From Candidatus Geddesella stercoravicola (GTDB lineage Bacteria > Bacillota > Clostridia > Oscillospirales > UBA644), in assembly GCA_904398665.1 (NCBI GenBank), contig CAJFPG010000062.1, positions 1 to 50,087 of the forward strand: DNA of 50,087 nt, in the 5' to 3' direction. The notes below the pieces were generated by a model, which made no database searches, was not told the DNA's origin, and saw only the letters and a program-made list of their open reading frames with translations. This document shows, piece by piece, positions 1-11,885 of this stretch; positions within the stretch are counted from its first letter, which is position 1, and each line of letters begins with the position of its first letter. The position numbers and the translations under genes are program-made.

Positions 1-127
1 TGTGTAAAAGCGATAAGATAAGAAAGATAATGATTCGTTTCGAACGTGTTTAAATTGATATTTATTCGTTCGTTTTGCGACATAAATCTGCCTGAAAAAA
101 AAGTTAACCTTTTATTAGATTATAAAC

Positions 128-147
128 GCGCGGGATTTTTCCCGCGC
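128..147 (+). other. GC-rich hairpin upstream of the ABC operon (GCGCGGG-ATTTTT-CCCGCGC)
   Basis: A 7-bp perfect GC stem (128-134 / 141-147) sits in an otherwise AT-rich leader. No clean T-tract follows, so it may be a terminator of an upstream gene or a leader structure. Confidence 0.3.
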
Positions 148-203
148 TTAAACGGCTGACGAGGTTTTTTGTGGCCGAAAAAAAAGAAAGGGAGAAATCC
201 GCG

Positions 204-1325
204 ATGATACGAGTCAGTTCCCTGACAAAAAAATACGGTAAAACTATCGCCGTAAATAATGTTTCTTTCTCTGTCGACGAGGGGGAGATAATCGGAATAC
301 TAGGGCCGAACGGGGCCGGGAAAAGCACTCTGATGAATATGCTTACGGGGTATATATCTTCTTCTTACGGGGATATCTCAATAGGAGGGTTCGACCTGTT
401 GGAAAAACCTTCCGAGGCGAAGAAATTGATAGGATATCTTCCCGAGGTCCCTCCTTTGTATCCGGAACTTACCGTATATGAGTATTTATCTTTTGTTTAT
501 GACCTTAAAAAATGTTCTCTCGGGAAAAAAGAGCATATAGACGAGGTTATGGATATTGTAAAGATAACCGAGGTTAGAAATCGCGTTATCCGAAATCTCT
601 CCAAAGGCTATCGTCAGAGAGTGGGGCTTGCCGAAGCGCTTATAGGCAATCCGGAAATCCTTATTTTGGACGAGCCTACCGCGGGCCTTGACCCGAAAGA
701 GATTGTTGAGATTCGTAATCTGATAAAAAAACTCGGGGACGTAAAAACAGTTCTTATTTCGTCTCATATATTATCGGAAATCCAATCCACCTGTCGAAGA
801 GTAATAATATTGAATCGGGGCGAGATACTGATGGACGCCGATATAGAAGAACTTTCCACGAATATAGGCCCCAACAGTAGGTACGGGGTTCGTCTCACGG
901 CTCCGGAAGAAGAGGTTATTCCGGTGTTTTCATCTCTTCCCGGCATTTCAAAGATTCAGTATGTCGGGTCTTTTGAGAAAGGGACCGTCGATATTATCGT
1001 CGAGGCGGACAAAAGAGTCGATATTAGGAAATTACTTTTCGACGAGTGCGCGAAAAGAAATTGGTATATATTGATGATAACGCCTCTCGGCGTCAGTCTT
1101 GAGGATATTTTCCTGCAAATAGTCGATAAAAACGGCAAAACAGCGCTTGTTTCCCCCGAGACTCAAAACGAGGACAATGAGAAAACGACTGATTTTTCCG
1201 GCGAAACTGACGAAAAAGAGAATCTAGACGGCGAAGGAAAAGAAGTTGAGGACGGAGAAACTTACGCTGACATAACAAACGGCGAGAACGGAGAGGAGGA
1301 AATAAAAAATGACGGCGATAATTAA
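204..1325 (+). CDS. ABC transporter ATP-binding protein (GldA-like) with a ~60-aa acidic C-terminal tail
   Basis: Walker A GPNGAGKST, signature LSKGYRQRV, Walker B ILILDEPTAGLD, H-loop SSHIL. The track ORF starts at 171 (GTG). ATG at 204 is preferred (MIRVSSLTKKYG) because GGGAG lies ~9 nt upstream. Confidence 0.9.
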   Translation: MIRVSSLTKKYGKTIAVNNVSFSVDEGEIIGILGPNGAGKSTLMNMLTGYISSSYGDISIGGFDLLEKPSEAKKLIGYLPEVPPLYPELTVYEYLSFVYDLKKCSLGKKEHIDEVMDIVKITEVRNRVIRNLSKGYRQRVGLAEALIGNPEILILDEPTAGLDPKEIVEIRNLIKKLGDVKTVLISSHILSEIQSTCRRVIILNRGEILMDADIEELSTNIGPNSRYGVRLTAPEEEVIPVFSSLPGISKIQYVGSFEKGTVDIIVEADKRVDIRKLLFDECAKRNWYILMITPLGVSLEDIFLQIVDKNGKTALVSPETQNEDNEKTTDFSGETDEKENLDGEGKEVEDGETYADITNGENGEEEIKNDGDN

Positions 1326-2013
1326 AAAGGAATTCATTTCTGCTTTCAAAACGTCGTACGGCTGGCTTTTGATAGCCGTTTACGCTTTGCTTTCCGCCGT
1401 TCTTTTTTCCTTGTTCGTCTTGTGGTTGAACACGAGTTATATCGGAAATTATTTCGGGCTGTGGATATTTTTTGTAGACCTTATTTTTGTTTCGATTCTC
1501 TCGATGAAAATGCTCGGAGAGGAAAAAAAGACCAAAACCGATCAACTTATTTTAACTTCTCCGATAGGAGTCTCGGGATATGTTACCGGAAAATTTATAG
1601 GAAGTTATATAATTTATGTTTTGGCTTTTTTAGTGAATTTTTTATTTTTCGGCCTGATAATGATTTTCGGCACTCCCGATTACGGAATGTTTTTTTCAAA
1701 TTGTATAGGAAATTTGCTGGTCGGAGCGGCGATGATATCGATAGCTATATTTATCTCTTCTCTCACTTCTTCCCCTGTCGGCGCCGCCGCCGGGACTTTC
1801 GCCGTGCTTTTCGGCATGATGGTGGTGGAGTTCTTCACGGCTTATTGCCCGATGTGGATACAGTATGTTTTCAGATATATAGTTATATATAATTATTACG
1901 AGGATTTCTCAAACGGGATAATTTCTCTTCCCGCCGTTATTTATTATATAAGCGTTACGGTCGTTTTCCTTTTCCTCGCCGTGAGGATGACCGAAAAACG
2001 CCGTTGGAATTGA
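1309..2013 (+). CDS. ABC-2 type transporter permease (GldF-like)
   Basis: 234-aa polytopic hydrophobic protein. It overlaps the ATPase gene by 17 nt, which suggests translational coupling. This is the typical position of the ABC-2 permease in GldAFG-like cassettes. Confidence 0.75.
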   Translation: MTAIIKKEFISAFKTSYGWLLIAVYALLSAVLFSLFVLWLNTSYIGNYFGLWIFFVDLIFVSILSMKMLGEEKKTKTDQLILTSPIGVSGYVTGKFIGSYIIYVLAFLVNFLFFGLIMIFGTPDYGMFFSNCIGNLLVGAAMISIAIFISSLTSSPVGAAAGTFAVLFGMMVVEFFTAYCPMWIQYVFRYIVIYNYYEDFSNGIISLPAVIYYISVTVVFLFLAVRMTEKRRWN

Positions 2014-2022
2014 GGTGAGAGA

Positions 2023-3603
2023 ATGAGAAAATCAAAAGAGAAACGTCTTTATCAAATCGACGAGTCCGTTCCTCGCTACGAAACGGGGAAAGCCGCGGTT
2101 AAAAAAGTTAAGTATTACTCGGTAAACACCGTTTTCACCGTTGTTTTTATAGCTGCTGTCGTCGTTATAAACGTCCTTCTCGGAGTTCTTTCAAATAAAG
2201 TGAATTTACGTCTTGATCTCACCTCCGAGGGCGTATTTACGCTTTCCGATACTTCTAAATCATTAATTTCGGAATTGAGAGACGCGAATAAAAAAGTTGA
2301 GTTGATAATTTGTACCGACGAGGAGACGGCGAGAGCCGCGGCGTCGTCGAACACGGGGAACTCGGTTTCCGTTACGAGGTATATTGTAGAGACCTGCGAG
2401 GAATACGCGAGAGAATATGACGGGATAACGGTCTCGTATGTAGACCCGACGTACAATCCCTCTTATTATAATTCAAGAGGGATAAATTTGAACGATACCA
2501 CGGCGTCGGCCGTAGTGATGGCGGTATATTCCCCCGATACCGGAAGATACAGACTCATAGATTCGACGTCGGTTTCAAATATGGAATACGTCGCTTTTGA
2601 GCGTCGGCTATCGGCGGCTTCTTTATTTGTTACGAAGGACGATTTACAGACAGTTTGGGCTATAACGGGTCATGGGGAAACGTCGATACCGTATTACGAA
2701 CTGTTGCTTGAAGATAACGGATATATACTCGAATACGCTAATCTTTCCGATTACGAGGAAATCCCGGAAGAGGTTTCGATGCTCATTATAGTGAATCCGA
2801 CCCGGACGTACGATTCGGACGATATCTCTAAAATCGACGCGTTTTTGTCAAACGGAGAGGCTCTCGGAAAACATTTAATGGTTTTCGGTGATTTGGATAT
2901 GGGGACGAATCCTTTGCTTGAAAGTTATTTGAGGGACGAGTGGGGAGTTTCAATCGGGAGCGAGGTCGTATTTGATACTGACAGTTCGAATATATATGAG
3001 ATGCAAACGGCCGGCGTGACTTTTTTGACGGTGGATTACGCTGAGGAGACAATTTCGGGAAGTCTTTCTTCTTCCGACGCTCCTCTTAGGGTACTTCTCG
3101 GAAAGACGAAAACAGTCGAGAGGGCGTTTGACGAGCTTGACAACGTAAGGACCGAGGCCTTGCTCATGTCTTCCGACACTTCCTATTCTAAAAATATAGT
3201 TCTTTATCAGAACGGAAATAGTTATACGAAGGAAGAGGGCGATAGGGAGGGGCCGTTTAATATTGGGGCTATATCAGAGAAATATCGCTATGACGGAACA
3301 TCGAAGATCGCTTCGAACGTCGTGGTATTCGGCACCACTTCTTTGGTTGACGGGGTATTTTTGTCGAACGTTTACGGGAGTACTTCCTCTTCCGCCGATT
3401 ATATACTTAATGTGACCAAATATCTTGTCGCTTCCTCCGGAGAAATAGATACCGATATTCTTTCGGTCGATCTTTCCGGCGGAACTTTGGGTTTTGAGTC
3501 TAACGCTCAATTCTTTCTCTCTCTCGCCGTTATAGTAGCGATTATTCCTCTCGTTTTCGCGGGAATAGGAATATGGAGAGCTTTGATAAGGAAGTATAAA
3601 TAA
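2023..3603 (+). CDS. GldG-family ABC-transport auxiliary protein (N- and C-terminal TM anchors, large extracytoplasmic domain)
   Basis: 526 aa with TM helices at both ends (VFTVVFIAAVVVINVLLGVL and LSLAVIVAIIPLVFAGIGIW). RBS GGTGAGAG. The family call rests on architecture and gene order, not on a search. Confidence 0.65.
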   Translation: MRKSKEKRLYQIDESVPRYETGKAAVKKVKYYSVNTVFTVVFIAAVVVINVLLGVLSNKVNLRLDLTSEGVFTLSDTSKSLISELRDANKKVELIICTDEETARAAASSNTGNSVSVTRYIVETCEEYAREYDGITVSYVDPTYNPSYYNSRGINLNDTTASAVVMAVYSPDTGRYRLIDSTSVSNMEYVAFERRLSAASLFVTKDDLQTVWAITGHGETSIPYYELLLEDNGYILEYANLSDYEEIPEEVSMLIIVNPTRTYDSDDISKIDAFLSNGEALGKHLMVFGDLDMGTNPLLESYLRDEWGVSIGSEVVFDTDSSNIYEMQTAGVTFLTVDYAEETISGSLSSSDAPLRVLLGKTKTVERAFDELDNVRTEALLMSSDTSYSKNIVLYQNGNSYTKEEGDREGPFNIGAISEKYRYDGTSKIASNVVVFGTTSLVDGVFLSNVYGSTSSSADYILNVTKYLVASSGEIDTDILSVDLSGGTLGFESNAQFFLSLAVIVAIIPLVFAGIGIWRALIRKYK

Positions 3604-5087
3604 TGAAAAAGAAGCTGATAATTATAATTTCCGTCGTCGCGGTTCTTATAGTCTCGGCGGTCGCGGTATATTTTGTCTCGATGCTTTCGGATACTCCCTC
3701 GCCAGAAGCGGAACAGGAGGAAAATGAGGCTCGTACCGTCGTTTATTCCGACGACGCGACTCTCTTCAATTCTCTTACTGTTGAAAACGAGCACGGTTCT
3801 TATACTTTGGTAAGGGACGGAGATTCGATTGTCATAGAGGGCAGAGAACAAATTCCGCTTCTTTCGGCGTCTTCGACGTCTATGTTTGAGACTTTCGCCG
3901 ACGTCTATGTGGTCAGAACTATTTCGGAGGACTCGACGGAAGGTTTTGGATTCGATTCCCCTTCGGCTGTCTTGACCGTTAAAAAAGCCGACGGCTCGGA
4001 GAAGACGATGTATATAGGGGATATCGCGGCGAATACCGAAGGATGCAGATATATGTGTTTCGCGGGAGAAAGCACAGTTTATCTTATGGACGCCGACCGT
4101 TCCGAGAGGTATCTGGCGGATAAATCTCTTCTCTATTCTAAAACAGTCTCAAAATATTTTACCTCTGATGAGATGGTCTCTATTTCGATCGTAAGACCCG
4201 ACGGGGAGGAGATACTTTTACGGCCGTCAAACGAGGAGGAGTCCGGTGATATGAATTTCATTTCGGGGTATACGATGGAAAAACCGTTTTTATTCGGCGC
4301 CGATTCCGATATCGTTACTTCTCTTTGCGAAACGTTGGCGGCGCTTCCTTCCGCTTCTGTTGTCGAGGACGACGTCACGGAAAAGATGTTGGACGAATAC
4401 GGGATATCGAACGGAACAACAGTTACCGTCGTCGCGAATTATGACACCACTTCTATGACCCTTGATTCGGGAGACGTAAATCCGTATTACGATCCGGGAA
4501 ACGAGGACGGATTCGTCACTCTTACGACGGTTTATCGTATAGGCGGCACTCGTGAAAATCTGATATATTTTACTTATGACGATATCCCCATTATATATTC
4601 TCTAACGAAATCAGATATGGATTTTATAAATACCGAGACGTATCAGTATTGTCAGCGTCTTGTTAATATCGCGTATTTGACCGATCTTTCCGGACTCAGC
4701 GTGGATACATGCGACGGGAATATTTATGATTTTGTTATTACTTCCGAGGCTGACGGGGAGGGGAATATAGACGTTTCTTCGGTCACTTTGGATTACGCCG
4801 CTGTTGATACGGATAATTTTAAGAGTTTTTATCAAAATATTGTTTCTGTAAGTCATAGCGATATAGGGACCAAACCCGAAGATTCCGACTGCGTCTTGCG
4901 GCTCACTTACGAGTTTACGTCGGGCGAACGCGATATAGTTGAGTTTTGGAGTTTTCCGGATGATTCTCGAAAAACGTTTATGACGATTGACGGGGAAGGG
5001 CGTTTTGTCGTGTTGATGACAAAGGTCGATAAAATAAAAAATGATTTGCAAAAATTGCTTTCCGGCGAGGAAATAAACACAAATTGA
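3603..5087 (+). CDS. DUF4340-like membrane-anchored protein (usual fourth gene of GldG-type cassettes)
   Basis: 494 aa with a single N-terminal TM (LIIIISVVAVLIVSAVAVYF). Its start overlaps the upstream stop (TAATG). The family is assigned from context only. Confidence 0.5.
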   Translation: MKKKLIIIISVVAVLIVSAVAVYFVSMLSDTPSPEAEQEENEARTVVYSDDATLFNSLTVENEHGSYTLVRDGDSIVIEGREQIPLLSASSTSMFETFADVYVVRTISEDSTEGFGFDSPSAVLTVKKADGSEKTMYIGDIAANTEGCRYMCFAGESTVYLMDADRSERYLADKSLLYSKTVSKYFTSDEMVSISIVRPDGEEILLRPSNEEESGDMNFISGYTMEKPFLFGADSDIVTSLCETLAALPSASVVEDDVTEKMLDEYGISNGTTVTVVANYDTTSMTLDSGDVNPYYDPGNEDGFVTLTTVYRIGGTRENLIYFTYDDIPIIYSLTKSDMDFINTETYQYCQRLVNIAYLTDLSGLSVDTCDGNIYDFVITSEADGEGNIDVSSVTLDYAAVDTDNFKSFYQNIVSVSHSDIGTKPEDSDCVLRLTYEFTSGERDIVEFWSFPDDSRKTFMTIDGEGRFVVLMTKVDKIKNDLQKLLSGEEINTN

Positions 5088-5305
5088 TTTTTTTGGAATA
5101 GTTTTTTGTTTTTTGTATGAACGGCTCACTTTTGATTTTATTTCGGAAGGGAGTCGTTATTTTTTTTCTTAAAAATATTATTTTTTTAATCATTAGAAAA
5201 TTATTTAATAAAAAGAAAAGTTTTAATATTGGATTTTTGGGATAATAAGTTTTTCCCTTTTATTTTTTTAGCGTTCGCGAGTTTGGTTGAGAAAAATTTC
5301 AGTAT

Positions 5306-5803
5306 TTATTTTTTTGTTTTGTCAAAAGACGTTTGTATATGGCGGAGAAAATCGTCGGATTTTTCCGACGACAGACGAAGGAGTAAATGGCCGGCGTGTT
5401 TTTTGTTCGCCTCGACCCATTTGTCCCAGTCGCTTTTTTTATTATATGGTTTTCGGGTGTTCTTTGTGGGTCTTTCTTGTTTTTTCGAATGAATATTTTT
5501 GTAATTGTTCGGACATTTTGGAAATGTTTTTGTTTCGGAAGAGTTTTGTGTATTTAAGTTCGATTGAAGTTTCTGTGTTTTTTTGAGGAGAAATTCCTTA
5601 TTTGTTTCCTCGGAAATTTTGGCTCGAAAAAATTTATCATAAGCGTTGTTAACATTTTCTTGATCAAGCATTTGTTCGAGTATATATTCTCTTTTTTCCG
5701 CTTCGTCCCTAATTCGTACGTATCGGGCACTTTTTTTAAGCTCGGTGAGGAAAAAGTTATAAAATTCTTTTTGGTTGAATTTTATTTTGACAAATTTGTT
5801 CAT
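5306..5803 (-). CDS. hypothetical Lys/Glu-rich protein (165 aa)
   Basis: Good RBS (AAGGAGAAAAATCCTATG). No motif recognised. A terminator-like hairpin with a T-run at 5345-5372 (minus sense) lies inside the last ~20 codons, so the 3' end is doubtful. Confidence 0.4.
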   Translation of the reverse strand: MNKFVKIKFNQKEFYNFFLTELKKSARYVRIRDEAEKREYILEQMLDQENVNNAYDKFFRAKISEETNKEFLLKKTQKLQSNLNTQNSSETKTFPKCPNNYKNIHSKKQERPTKNTRKPYNKKSDWDKWVEANKKHAGHLLLRLSSEKSDDFLRHIQTSFDKTKK

Positions 5804-5962
5804 AGGATTTTTCTCCTTTTATAGTTTTTCCTCAGTTCCTTTTTTCTTTTATAGTAATTATATCATAGGTATTGTCCTATAAAAAGGACAAAAGGCGAAA
5901 TAATTGAGTTATATCGGGTAAAAAACAATTTTTTTATTTATGTTTACGGATTTTTATATAGG

Positions 5963-6030
5963 TAATTTAATATTAATTTATTAAATATTTAATATTAAAT
6001 ATTTAATATTAATAAAAAATATTAAAATTA
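5963..6030. repeat. 68-nt tract of pure A/T with nested palindromes and direct repeats (TAAATATTTAATAT x2)
   Basis: Read directly. There is no G or C between the GG at 5961-5962 and the C at 6031. Confidence 0.8.
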
Positions 6031-6141
6031 CGGTTAAACTTCTTGTTTTGTGTTCCCTGTAACGTGGATTTATATATAGGAAAGTAGTTACTTTCTGAGA
6101 TTTCGAGAGAGCGCGGAGAGTTTTAGACATATAAAAAACAT

Positions 6142-6165
6142 AAAAACCACCCGCAAAGCGGGTGG
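6142..6165 (-). terminator. Rho-independent terminator of the atp operon
   Basis: CCACCCGC-AAA-GCGGGTGG stem-loop (6147-6165). On the minus strand it is followed by TTTTT (6142-6146), ~100 nt downstream of the atpC stop. Confidence 0.8.
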
Positions 6166-6269
6166 GGTAAGATAGTTGTATCGAGAATTTTATAATTTTT
6201 ATTTTATATAATTAAGTTATTTAAAGTTGTTTAAGATTTATATATGGAAATATTTATTCGAGGGTTAGT

Positions 6270-6709
6270 TTATTTTCTTCTCACTCCGTCGTTTCCCATA
6301 TCTCTGTTTTTTACTTTCAGTCTCCCGATAGCTCTGGCGAGGGTTGCTTGCGCCGAGCGATATTCTCTCATGCTTCTTTTTTGCAAAAGTATTTCTCTCG
6401 CCTCGTCCGCTTGTCTTTTCGCCTTGTTCGCGTCTATCTCGTCGGGATGTTCCGCGGTATTTACCAAAATCAGAACTTCATTGTCTTCGACTTTTACGAT
6501 TCCGTTTGACACCGATGCGATTTCGGTTTCTTTTCCCGGAATTTTGTACGTTATCATTCCCGGGACTATCGCCCCTATAAGATTTCTGTGGTTTGCCAAA
6601 ATACCGTATTGCCCCTCTGTTGTCGGCACTACGAGAGATTCGCACTCTCCCTCGTAAAATGGTCTGTCGGCTTGAAGAATACGTATCTTAAACGTTTTAT
6701 TGTCTGACA

Positions 6710-6710
<1 letters not shown>
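6270..6710 (-). CDS. atpC: F1 ATP synthase subunit epsilon
   Basis: 146 aa with a typical epsilon N-terminal beta-sandwich and C-terminal helical hairpin. It is the last gene of the atp operon, and TAATG overlaps atpD. Confidence 0.9.
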
Positions 6711-9007
<2,297 letters not shown>

Positions 9008-9011
<4 letters not shown>

Positions 9012-10759
9012 CGTCCTCCGTTTTCGTATGCCGCGCGGTATTTTTTAGCCAGTTCTTCGACCGCGGTTTTCGTCTCGGGCGAAAGATCTTTCGTATTGTT
9101 AATATCTCTGCATATATCAGTGGCGTTTTCCTCGGCGTATTCTATAAATCCTTTGCGGAAATCGTCGATTTTGTCGAGAGGAACATCTATCATCGCCCCG
9201 GACAGTGCCGCGATAAGAGTCAGGATTTGTTCAAGCTGCGTCATCGGACTGTATTGTTCCTGTCTTAAAAGTCTCATGAGTCCCTGTCCGTAAATTAATT
9301 GTCGTTTTGTCGTTTCGTCAAGGTCGCTTGAAAACTGAGTGAAAACTTCCATTTCTCTATATTGCGCGAGATCTAGACGCAAAGTTCCCGTGGCCCTTTT
9401 CATGGCTTTTGTCTGAGCGTCGCCACCGACTCTCGATACCGAGATTCCAACGTTTACCGCCGGGCGTTGTCCTGCGAAAAACAAATCGCTTTCAAGAAAT
9501 ATCTGTCCGTCGGTTATTGATATTATATTCGTGGGAATGTAGGCGGAGACATCTCCCGCCTGGGTTTCTACTATCGGGAGCGCCGTCATAGATCCTCCTC
9601 CTCTTTCTTCCGATAGACGGGCGGAGCGTTCGAGCAGACGAGAGTGAAGATAAAAAACGTCTCCCGGATACGCCTCTCTTCCCGGAGATCTTCCGAGAAG
9701 CAGACTGAGAGAACGATATGCCACGGCGTGTTTGGACAAGTCGTCGTATACTATGAGCACGTCTTGTCCTTTGTTCATAAAATATTCTCCAAGGGCGCAG
9801 CCGGCGTAAGGAGCTATATACAAAACCGGGGAGGGGTCGCTCGCCGAGGCGTTTACGATTATCGTATAGTCCATCGCTCCTTGTTTTCTCAGCGTCTCTT
9901 TGAGCTGAGCCACGGAACTCGCTTTTTGTCCTATCGCGACGTAAACGCAGACAACGTCTTTCCCTTTTTGATTTATTATTGTGTCAACGGCGATAGCCGT
10001 TTTCCCCGTCTGTCTGTCCCCTATTATCAGTTCTCTTTGGCCTCTGCCGATAGGGAACATCGAGTCTATCGCCAGAAGCCCGGTTTCAAGCGGTTCGCTG
10101 ACCGGCTGTCGGTCGATTATGCCGGGAGCCGGATTTTCTATCGGAAGATATGCGGACGCTCTTATTTTACCTTTCCCGTCTATAGGGTTCCCGAGAGGGT
10201 CCACGACTCTTCCCAGAAATTCTTCCCCGACGGGCATTCCCGCGGTTTTTCCCGTTCTCCTGACGGAACTTCCCTCAAAGACGGTCGCTTCGTCCCCAAA
10301 AAGAATACAACCGACTTTATCTCGATTCAAATCGAGAACCATTCCTTTTGCTCCCGAGGCGAAAATTACAATTTCCCCGTAAGCGACTCGTTCGAGTCCC
10401 GTTACTGTCGCTATCCCGTCTCCGACGCTTTGAACCGTGCCGAACTCGTTTGGAATCGCTTTTGGTTCCCATTCTTCGACAGTTTCGGTGAGAAGAGATA
10501 TTATGTCTCCCGGTTTTCCGGAAAGGCTTTTTAAATCTTGTTTAAGCTGAGCGTAAAGTCCTTTGACGCTCCAATCGTATACTTCCGAGCCTACTTGAAG
10601 ACGGAAGCCTTTTTTTATTGTCTCGTCTTTTTCCCAGACAAACTCGACGTCCTTTCCGTATTTTTCTTTTACGAAGTCGGAGAATCGTTTTTTTTGGGTT
10701 TCATTAGGTTCAGTTGCGGAAAAAAGAATAGCTTTTTTAGCGGAAATCGAGTCAGGCAT
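9008..10759 (-). CDS. atpA: F1 ATP synthase subunit alpha with an N-terminal delta/OSCP C-terminal-domain module (delta'-alpha fusion)
   Basis: Residues ~95-583 are a complete alpha (GDRQTGKT P-loop). Residues ~1-75 ([67 protein letters not shown]) match the delta C-terminal pattern (..SA..L...Q......G..V.....D..I.GG..I..G..V.D.SV...L..L). ATG at 10759 overlaps the atpF stop (ATGCCTGA). The track ORF extends to 10807. Confidence 0.88.
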
Positions 10760-11243
10760 TGTCCGACCCCCGTTCCGCGTCCGAAAGGAATTTGTCAAAG
10801 GTTTCAAAGTCCGATTCTTTAAGAATTTTTTCCGCGGCCGCCGTTGCTATATCGGTAATCTGAGATTGAGTTTCCAGGAGAATTTTGTCTCTTTCCGCTT
10901 GGGCGTCTTTTCTCGCGTTTATAATTATTTTTCTGGCTTCTTCCCGAGCTTTTTCTATTTCTGTCTCCCCGATTTCCGCGGCTTTTTTAGCGGCGTCGGA
11001 TTTCTTTTTCGCGATTTCGTCGTCGGAGTTTCGCATCAACTGTTCGTATTCGGTTTTTAATTGTTCCGCTTTGTTCAGTTTTTCGTCCGCTTCCTCGCTG
11101 AGAGAAGCGAAACGTTCCTCTCTTTTCTTAATAAATTTATTTACGGGTTTGTACAAAAGGAGATAAAGTCCCCCCGCTAAAATCACGAAATTCAATAAAT
11201 GCAGGAGTATCTGCTGAAAATCTATATTCAAAGGCAGATTCAT
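10752..11243 (-). CDS. atpF: Fo ATP synthase subunit b
   Basis: 163 aa with one N-terminal TM followed by a long charged helix ([22 protein letters not shown]). Its position lies between the c and alpha genes. Confidence 0.85.
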   Translation of the reverse strand: MNLPLNIDFQQILLHLLNFVILAGGLYLLLYKPVNKFIKKREERFASLSEEADEKLNKAEQLKTEYEQLMRNSDDEIAKKKSDAAKKAAEIGETEIEKAREEARKIIINARKDAQAERDKILLETQSQITDIATAAAEKILKESDFETFDKFLSDAERGSDNA

Positions 11244-11259
11244 CGTAACGCCTCCTCGA

Positions 11260-11685
11260 TTAAAGCACGAATATTATCAATATCGCTACTATAAGAGCAT
11301 AGATTATGGCGGTCTCTATAAATACGAGTCCTAGCATCAAGCTCGTCCTAATGTTTCCGGAGGCCTCCGGCTGACGGGAAATACCGTCCGCCGATTTCGC
11401 TATCGCTATACCCATACCGACGGCGCCTCCCGCGGCGGCGAGCGAAATGGCTATTGCGGCGGCGATTGCTTTAGCGCTGAGAACTCCGCTTTCGGAACTC
11501 GCGTTTGAGGCCTGACTTTCCGAGTTTTCCGTCGTTTCAGAGTTTCCCGAGATTTCAGCGTTGGCGGCGTTCGCGGCGATATCCTCGTTGGAATAGTCGT
11601 TTGCCGCGAAAGCGGGAAGGGAAAGAAGAGCCGCTATTATTACTACCGCGACGCAAATTGACAATCTTCTCAAAGCTTTTTTCAT
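11260..11685 (-). CDS. atpE: Fo ATP synthase subunit c with a signal-peptide-like N-terminal extension
   Basis: The C-terminal ~75 aa form a canonical c hairpin (GGAVGMGIAIAKS..RQPE..LGLVFIETAIIYALIV). The preferred start is ATG 11685 (MKKALRR), with GGAGG 8 nt upstream. The track ORF extends to 11733. Confidence 0.85.
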   Translation of the reverse strand: MKKALRRLSICVAVVIIAALLSLPAFAANDYSNEDIAANAANAEISGNSETTENSESQASNASSESGVLSAKAIAAAIAISLAAAGGAVGMGIAIAKSADGISRQPEASGNIRTSLMLGLVFIETAIIYALIVAILIIFVL

Positions 11686-11885
11686 TTTATTTTCCTCCGT
11701 TTCAAACATTTTGAGCTCAACCTCAAAACTCAATCGAGATTTTTTATGTTTTTTGTATTATTTTTTTCTGTTATTTTGGGCGTTTTTTATTTTTGCCTCT
11801 ATTTTTATTAATTATTGTTTTTGTCGCTTTCTCTCGGATAAATCTATTTCTTTTTGTTATATTTGTTTTTATAGAGCTTATTTTG

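Noticed and set aside
5345-5372. Hairpin TCGTCGGA-AAAAA-TCCGACGA followed by TTTTCT (minus sense) as the true end of the 5306-5803 gene
   Set aside because: It lies ~40 nt upstream of the stop codon, so it conflicts with the ORF. I cannot decide between a terminator overlapping the coding 3' end and a chance palindrome. It is recorded as a caveat on that CDS rather than as a feature.
11260-11500. Calling the c subunit Na+-specific
   Set aside because: Only part of the Na+ signature is present: helix 2 has E-T...Y as in FIETAIIY. The helix-1 position that aligns with the Gln of Ilyobacter-type c subunits is Met. Ion specificity cannot be inferred.
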